Shown piece by piece: positions 19,422 through 28,414 of a stretch of 64,000 nt of DNA (position 1 is the stretch's first letter; each line of letters begins with the position of its first letter). Made by a program: the position numbers and the translations under genes. The notes under the pieces were generated by a model. It worked only from the letters and a program-made list of their open reading frames with translations, was not told the DNA's origin and did no database searches. This DNA comes from Pseudomonadota bacterium (GTDB lineage: Bacteria > Bdellovibrionota_C > UBA2361 > OMII01): assembly GCA_038134595.1 (NCBI GenBank), contig JAYPVM010000001.1, positions 262,299-326,298 of the forward strand, read 5' to 3'.

Positions 19422-19586
19422 ACTCTTTCTGCCTAAAAAAACCGGTAAAAGTGTCTAACAACTTGTTTTCTTTAGTGTCATGGGCCTGGTTCGTCTACGA
19501 ACTGCTCCTACCCGCACGCTTCTTGACTCCCATTTAAGATGCGGCGGATATGGAGAGCGTTTTAGGAAAATTGGTGAATTTTTGGA

Positions 19587-20648
19587 CTATATGCCGGCAA
19601 GGTCTCCTATTTGGAACAAGGGGAGATAAAGACCTATAACGAGCGTTCCAACGAGTAGGCCAAGAATAATCATGATAGATGGCTCGAGTAGCTGTTTGAG
19701 CGTATCCAGGCTTTGATCGAGTTCCGATTGTGCGTGTTCAATTGCGTTTGTCAGCATTAAATCGAGAGTACCTGTTTGTTCTCCCGTATCAATTAGCTCA
19801 TTCACAAGGGGCGGAAAGAGTTCGCTTCGCCGGCACGATTCGGCAAATGATGTCCCTTCTTGAAGCATTTCTTTCATCGTTGCAACCCGTTGTTTAGTAA
19901 TGAAGCTTGTCGTTGATTTTTCAATAATAGTTAAAACCTCATAGTGGGGAATGCCGGCTCGAATGAGATGAGACAGGATGCCTCCGTAGTATCGTGCCTG
20001 AGCAGCATGTATGTATCGTCTCAAGATAGGAGTATGTGCGAGCGCTCTTTCAAGTGAGTTTTTAGCTGTTGGTGATGACCATAAAAAATATAAGAGAGTC
20101 GATACGGCTCCGATAATGATACAAAGGATATCGAACCAAAAATTCAGAAGACAACGAGAGGCGCCCACGATTAATTGGGTTAGGAGTGGAAGTTGTACGC
20201 CACCTTGAACAAAAAGGTCCTCAAACGTTGGTACAACGACAACTAGCAAGAAAATTGTAGTGGCTAGTAATACAGCCAGCACAACAGAGGGATAGAGAAG
20301 GGCCTGTCTGAGGTGTTTCCGTGTTTGAATAACGGTGTGTAAATGAGCGTTTAAAATAGTGAAGATCTCATCTAATACCCCGCCCTTTTCGCCGATACTA
20401 ACAAGGCTGCTACATATGGGTGGAAAGGTCTCTGTTAGGTTTTGCATGCTTGAAGCAAGACTTTGACCTTCATGTAGTTTCTCGGCGAGCATCTTAGATG
20501 CCGATTGGAGGGAATCGGTGTGAGCTTGGCGAGATAGGATATCTAAGCCTTGTGCTATAGGAATGCCTGCGGCAAGTATGCTTGCCAATTGCCGGAAGTA
20601 GAGTGCTACGTGCTTTGTAGCTGGTCTTTGAGAGGTGCGTATCGGCAT
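19587..20648 (-). CDS. pilC: Type IV pilus / T2SS inner-membrane platform protein (PilC/GspF)
   Basis: FRQLASILAAGIP, GEKGGVLD, ALLYP, GEQTGTLD, LLEP. Confidence 0.88.
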   Translation of the reverse strand: MPIRTSQRPATKHVALYFRQLASILAAGIPIAQGLDILSRQAHTDSLQSASKMLAEKLHEGQSLASSMQNLTETFPPICSSLVSIGEKGGVLDEIFTILNAHLHTVIQTRKHLRQALLYPSVVLAVLLATTIFLLVVVVPTFEDLFVQGGVQLPLLTQLIVGASRCLLNFWFDILCIIIGAVSTLLYFLWSSPTAKNSLERALAHTPILRRYIHAAQARYYGGILSHLIRAGIPHYEVLTIIEKSTTSFITKQRVATMKEMLQEGTSFAESCRRSELFPPLVNELIDTGEQTGTLDLMLTNAIEHAQSELDQSLDTLKQLLEPSIMIILGLLVGTLVIGLYLPLFQIGDLAGI

Positions 20649-20805
20649 AGGTGCTCTTTTTGGGGAGGGATGGCGGTATAATATCGAAAACCTCGAGCAA
20701 AAAGTTGTTTTTGAGCTAATTGAGTCTGAGTTTCGTTATGCTATAAAAGAAATCTAACCTTGGTGGGTGGCAGAGAGATTTCGGTAGAGTACGTATGGGT
20801 GCTAC

Positions 20806-21894
20806 GTGAAAAAGCGAAGTAAGGTCTTAGAGAGACAAGAAAAATCTCATAAGGCGAGTGATCCCGTACTCGAAGTTGAGGTAGTGCCAGCGGATGAAGA
20901 AGCACAATCCGTTGTTGGCGATCAGTTAGATGATGGAGACGTTATCGATGTTGATTTCTCTGTTGAGGAAAGTGGCGATGAAGATCAGAGTCAAACGCAT
21001 CTAGAACCGACTCGGAGGTCAAGTGCGAGCGAGCGGAGCGTTGTACCGTACAATGCGCTCGATGCCTATCTGGGAGAGATTCGTAGATTCAGCCCGCTTA
21101 CGAAAGAAGAAGAGCACGCTGTTGCAGTTGAGTATCTTAAGACAAAGAGTCCCGAGGCTGCATACACACTGGTGTCGAGTACTTTGTGGCTTGTCGTAAA
21201 AATCGCGCGAGATTACGAGCGTGTTGCTAAAAACGTTCTCGATCTTATCCAAGAGGGAAATATAGGATTGATGGAAGCGGTTCAAAACTTCGATCCGTAT
21301 CGAGGTGTGCGCTTTCCGAGCTATGCTGTGTGGTGGATAAGAGCGTATATTATACGCTACATCATCGCTAATTGGCGAATGGTCAAGATAGGCACAACGC
21401 AAGCTCAGCGAAAACTTTTCTTTAATCTTAGAAAGGAGGCGGACCGCCTGGAGCGAGAAGGGATTTATCCCTCAACAAAACTTCTGGCTGAACGGCTGCA
21501 AGTGAAGGAAGGCGAGGTCGTAGAGATGTCTCAGCGTTTGGGAGGGTCAGATGTAAGCTTTGATGCTCCTATTCAAGAGGATGGTTCTTCCGATCTTTTG
21601 TCTATTCATCCCGTAGAAGAGGTGTCTACAGAGGAGCTTGTTGCGAAAAAACAGCTACAACAAGCGCTCTCGGACGCGATAGAATCCTTTAAAAAAGAAC
21701 TGAACACGAAGGAAGAGGCGGTACTAACAGGACGCATTCTTGCCGAGGAAAAGCGAACGCTACAGGAACTGTCTGACTTGTTGCTAATTAGTAAAGAGCG
21801 TGTAAGACAGATTGAAAACAAGGTGCGAGAGCGCTTGCGAGCGTTTGTTGCGCAGGAACTGGGAGCAGATCTCCAAGATTGGATGGGCGATTAA
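20806..21894 (+). CDS. rpoH: RNA polymerase sigma factor, RpoH-like
   Basis: DLIQEGNIGLM, RFPSYAVWWIRA, RpoH box QRKLFFNLR, SKERVRQIE. Confidence 0.85.
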   Translation: MKKRSKVLERQEKSHKASDPVLEVEVVPADEEAQSVVGDQLDDGDVIDVDFSVEESGDEDQSQTHLEPTRRSSASERSVVPYNALDAYLGEIRRFSPLTKEEEHAVAVEYLKTKSPEAAYTLVSSTLWLVVKIARDYERVAKNVLDLIQEGNIGLMEAVQNFDPYRGVRFPSYAVWWIRAYIIRYIIANWRMVKIGTTQAQRKLFFNLRKEADRLEREGIYPSTKLLAERLQVKEGEVVEMSQRLGGSDVSFDAPIQEDGSSDLLSIHPVEEVSTEELVAKKQLQQALSDAIESFKKELNTKEEAVLTGRILAEEKRTLQELSDLLLISKERVRQIENKVRERLRAFVAQELGADLQDWMGD

Positions 21895-22076
21895 TCGAAC
21901 TTTGCATAACCGCTTTCTAGAATGGCGAGGCGGGATATTTCGCAGTTTAATATCGTTAAACAAATAATCATCAGAGAATTAAGCGTATAGCTTCTGTTTC
22001 CACATCCTGTGGATATCTCATAGTTAGTGCGAAAAGAAATTAAGTAATTTAAAGTTAGTAAATACGCACTTTTTTC

Positions 22077-22104
22077 TTGAATTCTAAAGGTGCTGTGGTA
22101 TTCC
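22077..22104 (+). promoter_or_regulatory. Candidate sigma70-type promoter for the large ncRNA
   Basis: TTGAAT (22077-82) and extended -10 TG-G-TATTCC (22096-22104), with an AT-rich tract upstream. Confidence 0.4.
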
Positions 22105-22108
22105 TTGT

Positions 22109-23074
22109 GAAGAGTCGAGATGACGACGAACCTTCCGAAAGAAATTGAGGAAGCCGACCTCGAAGTTGCTCTCCGAAAAGAAAACTAAATCGAAAGATTT
22201 ATTTTTTTGAAAGATGAAGCGACCAGGCGAAGCGCATGGAAAGGCACTTTGAATTCCTGACTAGAGAGGTACTCTTGTAGACCCGTTGGAGTTTATCGCA
22301 AGATATTTTTCCTACGGAGAGTTTGCAAGACACGAGAACAGGCATTCGCTTTTTCTCGTGGCATCGATGGTGTTTTCCTGATGATGGTGTCAAAGCCAAC
22401 AAAAGCGATAAACAACAAGAGGGCAGGAGCTGTAAAAGGTGAGGGCTCGTAAAGATGCAGTCGAGTGGCACGCTGTCGAAAGACAGTTGGCGACAACTCC
22501 AGCATGAGTTGGAGGCTTTTGCCGAAAGGCTTAGGCAGGCTATTTGAAAAAGTAGTCTCTGTTATCACTCGGTCTTTCTTCTGGGAGCACCGGAAGAAAA
22601 GAATCACTCCCTACGGGTTGTGCCCCGTAGGAAGGCAAAAGCGGTTGTGGTGACACGGTCCTTTTGTAGGCTTTACGTTCTTAGAGGTATCCCTTTGGGG
22701 ATTCCAAAGGTTTTGGTATGAAATTCCACGTTGGTTTTGAACCTTTTTGGGTTCGGGGCTTTTTGGGATTAGGGACTAAAATCCGGTTAGGTCTTCTCTC
22801 TTCGGATAGAAGACAGGGTTCGACGGTTCAGGTAACTGAAATTCGATCGAAAGCGCTCGAGGGTGGGAAACCGCCATTAGAGGTTGACGACAGAGCACAA
22901 CGGGAGACCGGTCTATTGTCGTTAATCGCGAAAGAGACCCTGCGATTGTAAGAAATTTCGGCTCGACTAGGAGGGATAAAACTCTTCGGGTCAAAGTTAC
23001 AAAGTTAGATCCGTCATAAGAGCTGGCTTTTTGGCATGCGCGCGGCACGATCGAGAGATCTGCCGCGTTTTTTT
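22109..23074 (+). ncRNA. Putative large (~960 nt) highly structured non-coding RNA, family unassigned
   Basis: About 15 hairpins, many capped by GAAA/GCAA/GTAA/GAGA/TTCG; G-U pairs favour the + strand; 5'/3' end pairing; no credible long ORF; terminator at the end. Confidence 0.75.
23041..23074 (+). terminator. Intrinsic terminator closing the putative ncRNA
   Basis: CGCGGCA-C-GATC-GAGA-GATC-TGCCGCG followed by a T7 run. Confidence 0.8.
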
Positions 23075-23488
23075 ATGTCTGCATTGGATTCTTTAAAGTG
23101 CGGCACCTGGTTGTGCTGATCGGGAAAAGGACGGATCGGGAAAAAGAAACTGTTCAGTAAAGTAAGAAAAATCTGTTTTAGCTAAGATTTGCTTTTGGCT
23201 GAGATTTGCTATGGAGGGAGCAGGGCCCGTTTCTCTATTGGAGGGAAGAAACGGGCCCAGCAGCCTTTGGCACGCGCGCTCTCGGTGTGGAAAACGTGCG
23301 TCGATCCGTCATAGTGAGACTTTAGATGACGAAAGTGTTTTGAACAATTCCCTAAATATTGGCGGTAGTTATAAATATTTTCGTTATCTGTGTTAAATAT
23401 AATCAACCACTTAAGTTCGTTCGATAACTCGCAAAATTTAAGTAGGTGGTATATTCTGTCCGCGACAAGCCTAATGGAGTAGCGGGCG

Positions 23489-23896
23489 ATGGGACGAATT
23501 TTTATCAGTTTTGTAGTTTTCTTCATGGTCGCCGGTGGCGTTTTAGTCTTTCAGGCTACAAAGGGGACAAGCTCTCTTGTGGTAATGCCCTCGGAACTTT
23601 TGAAGCAAGCTCATGCAGGTAATCTATTTCGAATTCGGGTGGGTGGGCGTGTCGTCGGCCCCATTGAATATCAAACCGATCCAAGCTTTGTTCTCCGGTT
23701 TGCTGTTCGGGATCCGAAAGGAGGAGAGCAGGTAGTGCCCGTTGTTTATCGGGGCATTAAGCCGGATATGTTTCAGGCTGAGCGCGATGTGCTCATAGAT
23801 GGCGACTTGCGTCAGGGGATCATTGAAGCGGCATCACTGCAAACGCAGTGCCCGTCTAAATACGAACCTGTAAGTCCCGGAGATCAAGCAAAGTAA
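23489..23896 (+). CDS. ccmE: Cytochrome c maturation heme chaperone CcmE, CxxxY variant
   Basis: N-terminal TM, IRVGGRV, VVYRGIKPDMF, C-terminal TQCPSKY. Confidence 0.9.
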   Translation: MGRIFISFVVFFMVAGGVLVFQATKGTSSLVVMPSELLKQAHAGNLFRIRVGGRVVGPIEYQTDPSFVLRFAVRDPKGGEQVVPVVYRGIKPDMFQAERDVLIDGDLRQGIIEAASLQTQCPSKYEPVSPGDQAK

Positions 23897-23912
23897 GCAT
23901 AAGAGGTGTGGT

Positions 23913-25922
23913 GTGATTGAATTCGGGTTGTTTTCGCTTTGTGTCGCGTGGCTTCTTACGGTCTTTGTTGTTTGTGGAGGGGTGTTCTGCGGCCTGTATC
24001 GAAGAGACTCTCGTGTCTTGATTGAGGTTCTACGGAGGGCGAGCATCTTTATTGCCGTTACGTTGGGCTGTGCTCTTTTTGGGCTTGGGTACGGCTTTGT
24101 AACTAATGACTATTCAATTCAGTACATTTGGCAGTATTCAAATCGTGAAATGCCGTGGATATATAAGATAACAGCTATTTGGGGCGGTATGGACGGCTCG
24201 ATGTTGTTGTGGTGCTTTTTGGTCGCACTATTCGGGGCGTGCATGGCAGCTGTTTCCAAACAATATCCGCGACCTCTTCTTCCGTGGCTGTATGCCGCTG
24301 TGTCGTCTTCGACATTATTCTTCACCACTATCACACTGTTTTTTACCAACCCGTTCCGATTTCTAAAGTCAGCGGTGATGATGCCGGATGGAAATGGTTT
24401 AAATCCCCTTCTTCAGAATGAATACATGGCGATTCACCCGCCGATGCTTTATCTGGGGTTTACAGGTTTGGCTATTCCGTATGCGTTTTGTATGGCAGCA
24501 CTCGCTTCGGGACACATGTCGAACGATTGGATCCGTCTTACAAGACGGTGGACGTTGATCGGATGGGCGTTTCTGACTGCTGGTATCGTTCTCGGTGGGC
24601 ATTGGGCATATCTTGAGCTGGGCTGGGGTGGTTTTTGGGCTTGGGATCCTGTTGAGAATGCTTCGTTTCTTCCGTGGCTAACCGCGACCGCGTTTTTGCA
24701 CTCTGTCATGGTGCAAGAGCGAAAAGGAATGTTAAAGATTTGGAATGTATTTCTGGTCGTTTTAACGTATGCGCTCACGGTATTTGGAACCTTCTTGACC
24801 CGTTCGGGAATTGTACAGAGTGTGCATGCGTTTGCATCGACTGATATTGGATGGATTTTTCTTACCTATTTAGCGGCGCTGATAGTGCTGGCTTTGGCTT
24901 TGGTTATATACCGCTGGTCTGCGCTTCAGTCGGAGCGAGTTATTGAGAGCCTTTTCTCGCGAGAGGCTGTGTTTTTACTGAATAATCTGGTTCTTCTTAG
25001 TATCTGTTTTGCCGTGTTGTGGGGTGTTTTGTTTCCTGTCTTCTCGGAGGCATTTACAGGACAAAAGCAAACGGTTGGAATTCCTTTCTTTAATGCAGTG
25101 AATGTTCCGCTGTTTTTAGCGCTTGTTTTTCTGATGGGTGTAGGCCCCACCGTCGCATGGAGGCATACATCGCTTCGGCATATTGTAAGGGCTTTTGTAT
25201 CGCCGTTTATCGGAGCGCTTGTTGTTTCGACAGCTCTTGTATGGGCTGGGATCCCCGATTTTTATCCCGTTTTGTCGTACGGAATTTGCTTCTTTGTTTT
25301 GATGACTATCTGGGGGGAGCTTCAGCGTGGCGCTCGAGTTCAAAGTGGCATCACAAAGGCAAGCCCATGGAGCGTTCGGACGTGGATAGCTATGTTGCTG
25401 CGTCATCGAGTTAAGTATGGTGCACATCTGATACACTTCGGTGTCGTTGTAATGACAATAGCGATTACAGCGTCCATGGCACACAAAATTGAGCGTGAAT
25501 TTACCTTGGCTCCTGGCGAACGCTTCTCCGTAGGGCGATTTGCATTGGAGCTCGAGGAATTTCATGAGGAAAGAGAGCCTAATTACGATGCTCTACAAGC
25601 GCATGTTGCTGTATATTCTGCTGCTACGGGAGAACGCATTGAGACGCTTGCTCCAGAACTCCGATTTTATACGAAGAACAAGGAAACGACGACAGAGGTA
25701 GCGCTTCGAATGGGACAACGGGAGGATCTATATTTGATTCTTGCCGGCGTTGACGAAACTGGATCAAAAGCTTCGATGAAGGTTTTTATCAATCCACTTC
25801 AAGTATGGTTGTGGTACGGTGCTATTATCATGGTACTGGGAGGTGCTATTGTTGCAGTTCCTGTTGGATCTCGAACGAGAGAAGCGTCGGTGAGTAAGAA
25901 TTTTGCATCGGAGGGTGTATGA
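23913..25922 (+). CDS. ccmF: Cytochrome c heme lyase CcmF
   Basis: GLNPLLQ, IHPPMLYLG, WGGFWAWDPVENASF, SVHAFA. Confidence 0.96.
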   Translation: MIEFGLFSLCVAWLLTVFVVCGGVFCGLYRRDSRVLIEVLRRASIFIAVTLGCALFGLGYGFVTNDYSIQYIWQYSNREMPWIYKITAIWGGMDGSMLLWCFLVALFGACMAAVSKQYPRPLLPWLYAAVSSSTLFFTTITLFFTNPFRFLKSAVMMPDGNGLNPLLQNEYMAIHPPMLYLGFTGLAIPYAFCMAALASGHMSNDWIRLTRRWTLIGWAFLTAGIVLGGHWAYLELGWGGFWAWDPVENASFLPWLTATAFLHSVMVQERKGMLKIWNVFLVVLTYALTVFGTFLTRSGIVQSVHAFASTDIGWIFLTYLAALIVLALALVIYRWSALQSERVIESLFSREAVFLLNNLVLLSICFAVLWGVLFPVFSEAFTGQKQTVGIPFFNAVNVPLFLALVFLMGVGPTVAWRHTSLRHIVRAFVSPFIGALVVSTALVWAGIPDFYPVLSYGICFFVLMTIWGELQRGARVQSGITKASPWSVRTWIAMLLRHRVKYGAHLIHFGVVVMTIAITASMAHKIEREFTLAPGERFSVGRFALELEEFHEEREPNYDALQAHVAVYSAATGERIETLAPELRFYTKNKETTTEVALRMGQREDLYLILAGVDETGSKASMKVFINPLQVWLWYGAIIMVLGGAIVAVPVGSRTREASVSKNFASEGV

Positions 25923-26197
25923 GTGTGGGTCTTGTTCTCTGCGTGGTATTGTCTCTTGTCATTGGTATTGCTTTGAGTGCCCCATATTTCGAGGGTGGTT
26001 TTGTTGAGGAGGACGATGCTCTGGAGTCGCCTAGCGATACTCAATTGCTCGATAGTAAGGAGCGACTACTTCGGGCATTAAAGGATCTGGAGCAGGATTT
26101 TTCAATGGGAAAGATCGAGGAGGAAGAGCTGTCACAGTCTCGTAGCGAACTTTCCTTAGAGTTGGCAGAGATTCTTAAAAAAGATAAACGCGCGTGA
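25919..26197 (+). CDS. Small membrane protein, CcmI N-terminal-like
   Basis: TM plus ALKDLEQDFSMGKIEEEE; overlaps ccmF and ccmA by 4 nt each. Confidence 0.65.
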   Translation: MSVGLVLCVVLSLVIGIALSAPYFEGGFVEEDDALESPSDTQLLDSKERLLRALKDLEQDFSMGKIEEEELSQSRSELSLELAEILKKDKRA

Positions 26198-26865
26198 ATA
26201 GGTCGTCTACCCTTGTAGAAGTTTCAGGTATCGTAAAGGCTTTCGGAGAGCATTGCGCACTGAATTCCGTTTCACTGTCTGTGTGTCAGAATGAGGTTGT
26301 ACTTCTTTTAGGAGCAAATGGCGCCGGTAAGTCGACACTTTTGAGAATTGCAGCCGGTTTGAGCCGTGCGGATCGAGGATTAGTCGATGTCTGCCGTGAG
26401 CCTTGTGTGGGATTTTGTTCTCATCACGGAAGTTTGTACGCCAAGCTTACAGTGCGGGAGAATATAGCACTGACCGCGCGAGCGCTCGGTGTTTCGCCTC
26501 AAGAAGTACAGGATGCTTGCTCGACGTGGGGAATCGATAAGTATTGTACAAAAGAGGTGCGCGAGCTCTCAAAAGGAATGTACGGAAGAGTAGCGCTTGC
26601 ACGCACCTTTTTGGGTTCTCCCCGGGTTGTTTTGCTTGATGAGCCTTCAAGTAATCTCGATCAGGAGGGGGTAGATATTCTCTGCTCGAAAGTATCCGCA
26701 GGGGCGACGGAAAGAGCCGTTGTAATAGCGACACATGACATCTCTCGGCTGCAAGATGTGGCAACCAGGGTAGTTGTTCTTGAGCGAGGTGTAGTTGTTG
26801 CGGATTCTCTAAATAATAGTGATCGGGGCGAGGTTTTGGCGCAGTTTTATGGAGCAAGCCGATGA
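26194..26865 (+). CDS. ccmA: Heme export ABC transporter ATPase CcmA
   Basis: GANGAGKST, LSKGM, LLDEP; operon context. Confidence 0.88.
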   Translation: MNRSSTLVEVSGIVKAFGEHCALNSVSLSVCQNEVVLLLGANGAGKSTLLRIAAGLSRADRGLVDVCREPCVGFCSHHGSLYAKLTVRENIALTARALGVSPQEVQDACSTWGIDKYCTKEVRELSKGMYGRVALARTFLGSPRVVLLDEPSSNLDQEGVDILCSKVSAGATERAVVIATHDISRLQDVATRVVVLERGVVVADSLNNSDRGEVLAQFYGASR

Positions 26866-27551
26866 GAAGGTGGGTTCGGGTGCTTGCAATGTTAATAGCA
26901 AAGGAACTGCGACTTGAAGCACGTGGTAAAGAGCTCAGTGTTCTATTGTTGTGCACCTCAATTATCACTTCTGTCTTGGTCGGAGCAGGAGTTAGTGGAG
27001 CTGTTTTACAGCCGGATGTGGTGCCGAGGCTTTTTCCAATGTTGTTGTGGATAGTTTTCTTGCTTTCGACGACTTCGGCGAGTGTTCGTGGAAATGAGCA
27101 TGAGAACGAAGGGCGGGGTTATGAAGGGCTTCTTCTGTGTGGTGTAACGGGAGCGCAGATGTACGTAGCGAAGGTCGTTGTGTGGGCGATCATTTTTGCG
27201 CTCAATTGGGTCTTGTTGTGTAGCTTGCTTGGGATTGCTCTCGACCAGAATCTTATCAGTGTTGCAGGTGGGCTTTTGGTTGTCGGATTGCTTGCATCTC
27301 TTGTGCTTGCGTCCCTTACTGTGCTTACCTCGGCTATCGCTGCTTCGGCGGCTCTACGAGGTGCTATTTTACCTCTTGTAACACTGCCACTGTTGTTTCC
27401 ACTCTTTTTTGCCGGAATTGAATTAACTACCGCGGTGATGATTGTAGGGAGTGTCGACCTTAGCAGCATGTGGGTCGGTATAATGGTAGTATCCTTTACG
27501 TTGTTTGGTTTGGTGGGTATAAATACCTACCATGAGGTGATAAGTGAGTAA
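26862..27551 (+). CDS. ccmB: Heme exporter permease CcmB
   Basis: KELRLEAR, multiple TMs, LPLVTLPLLFP. Confidence 0.88.
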   Translation: MRRWVRVLAMLIAKELRLEARGKELSVLLLCTSIITSVLVGAGVSGAVLQPDVVPRLFPMLLWIVFLLSTTSASVRGNEHENEGRGYEGLLLCGVTGAQMYVAKVVVWAIIFALNWVLLCSLLGIALDQNLISVAGGLLVVGLLASLVLASLTVLTSAIAASAALRGAILPLVTLPLLFPLFFAGIELTTAVMIVGSVDLSSMWVGIMVVSFTLFGLVGINTYHEVISE

Positions 27552-27576
27552 TGGCGATAGGTAGTAGGCGTCTAAA

Positions 27577-28257
27577 ATGAAGTCGCGTTTTCCAATAGTA
27601 ATTCCCCTTGTAGTGTGTCTTCTTGTAACGTGGGCGCAATATATGGTGTTTATGGTCGTTCCAAACGAGCAGATCATGGGCGCTGTGCAGCGAGTATTTT
27701 ATTTTCATGTGGCTAGTGCCATGGCGTGCTACGCCGCATTTGGTGCAGTACTGTTTGCAAGTATCGCTTTTCTAGCTACAAGGAATACAAAAGCCGACAT
27801 GCTCTCTATAGCAGCTGGGGAGGTTGGGTTTGTTTTCTGTACCATCACGCTTGTGACGGGAATGATCTGGGGACATAGCGCCTGGAATACCTGGTTTCGA
27901 TGGCAGGAGCCGCGCTTAGTGACCTTTTTGGTTCTATGGTTGATATTCCTTTCGTTTACTGTGCTTCGGAACTTTGGAGATCCGAAAAAGACGGCAGTAC
28001 ACGGGAGTGTGTTGGGCATTTTAGGAGCGTTGTCGGTTCCGATTGTTTACGTGTCGATAAAGTTTTTACCTCAGAGCGCACGCCTTCATCCAGAGGTTGT
28101 TGAGCGGGGAGGTTTGCGAGACCCTTCGTATTGGCAGGCGTTTGGTTTGTCAGTATTTGCATTACTTAGTTTGTGTGCATTGTTGACCTGGCTTCGATAT
28201 CGTGTGGGGTTGCTTGATGCCCAAGTTAGAGTCCGGTTGTTTGAGAACAAGGAGTAG
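27577..28257 (+). CDS. ccmC: Heme exporter CcmC
   Basis: RVFYFHVASA, TGMIWGHSAWNTWFRWQEPRL, LHP. Confidence 0.92.
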   Translation: MKSRFPIVIPLVVCLLVTWAQYMVFMVVPNEQIMGAVQRVFYFHVASAMACYAAFGAVLFASIAFLATRNTKADMLSIAAGEVGFVFCTITLVTGMIWGHSAWNTWFRWQEPRLVTFLVLWLIFLSFTVLRNFGDPKKTAVHGSVLGILGALSVPIVYVSIKFLPQSARLHPEVVERGGLRDPSYWQAFGLSVFALLSLCALLTWLRYRVGLLDAQVRVRLFENKE

Positions 28258-28261
28258 TAGC

Positions 28262-28414
28262 ATGGTTGATACCTATCCAGATCTGTTTTGGTCTTACACA
28301 GTTGTGTGGGGCGTGCTTACAGTATACATCGTTTTTTTGGGTGCTCGTATGTCTGCTGTAGAGCGTAAGCTAACAAACACTGACAAGGAATGTTGTGGGA
28401 ACAGAGAAGTTTAA
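28262..28414 (+). CDS. ccmD: CcmD-like small membrane protein
   Basis: ATG 4 nt after the ccmC stop with AGGAG RBS; MVDTYPDLFWSYTVVWGVLTVYIVFLG plus a charged tail. Confidence 0.75.
   Translation: MVDTYPDLFWSYTVVWGVLTVYIVFLGARMSAVERKLTNTDKECCGNREV

Noticed and set aside
22199..23048. Five short ORFs (62-104 aa) in the ORF track
   Set aside because: They overlap on both strands, lack motifs and convincing RBSs, and are better explained by RNA structure.
22109..23074. RNase P RNA, tmRNA, rRNA, or group I/II intron as the identity of the structured element
   Set aside because: No GAGGAAAGTCC/AACCCGGCTTA (rnpB), no GGGG..TCGA 5' end or TTCGA..CCA tRNA-like end (tmRNA), no universal rRNA motifs, no GTGCG start or domain V, and no interrupted host gene. 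Checked by eye only.
23118..23145. GATCGGGAAAA direct repeat x2
   Set aside because: Only two short copies, with no supporting context.
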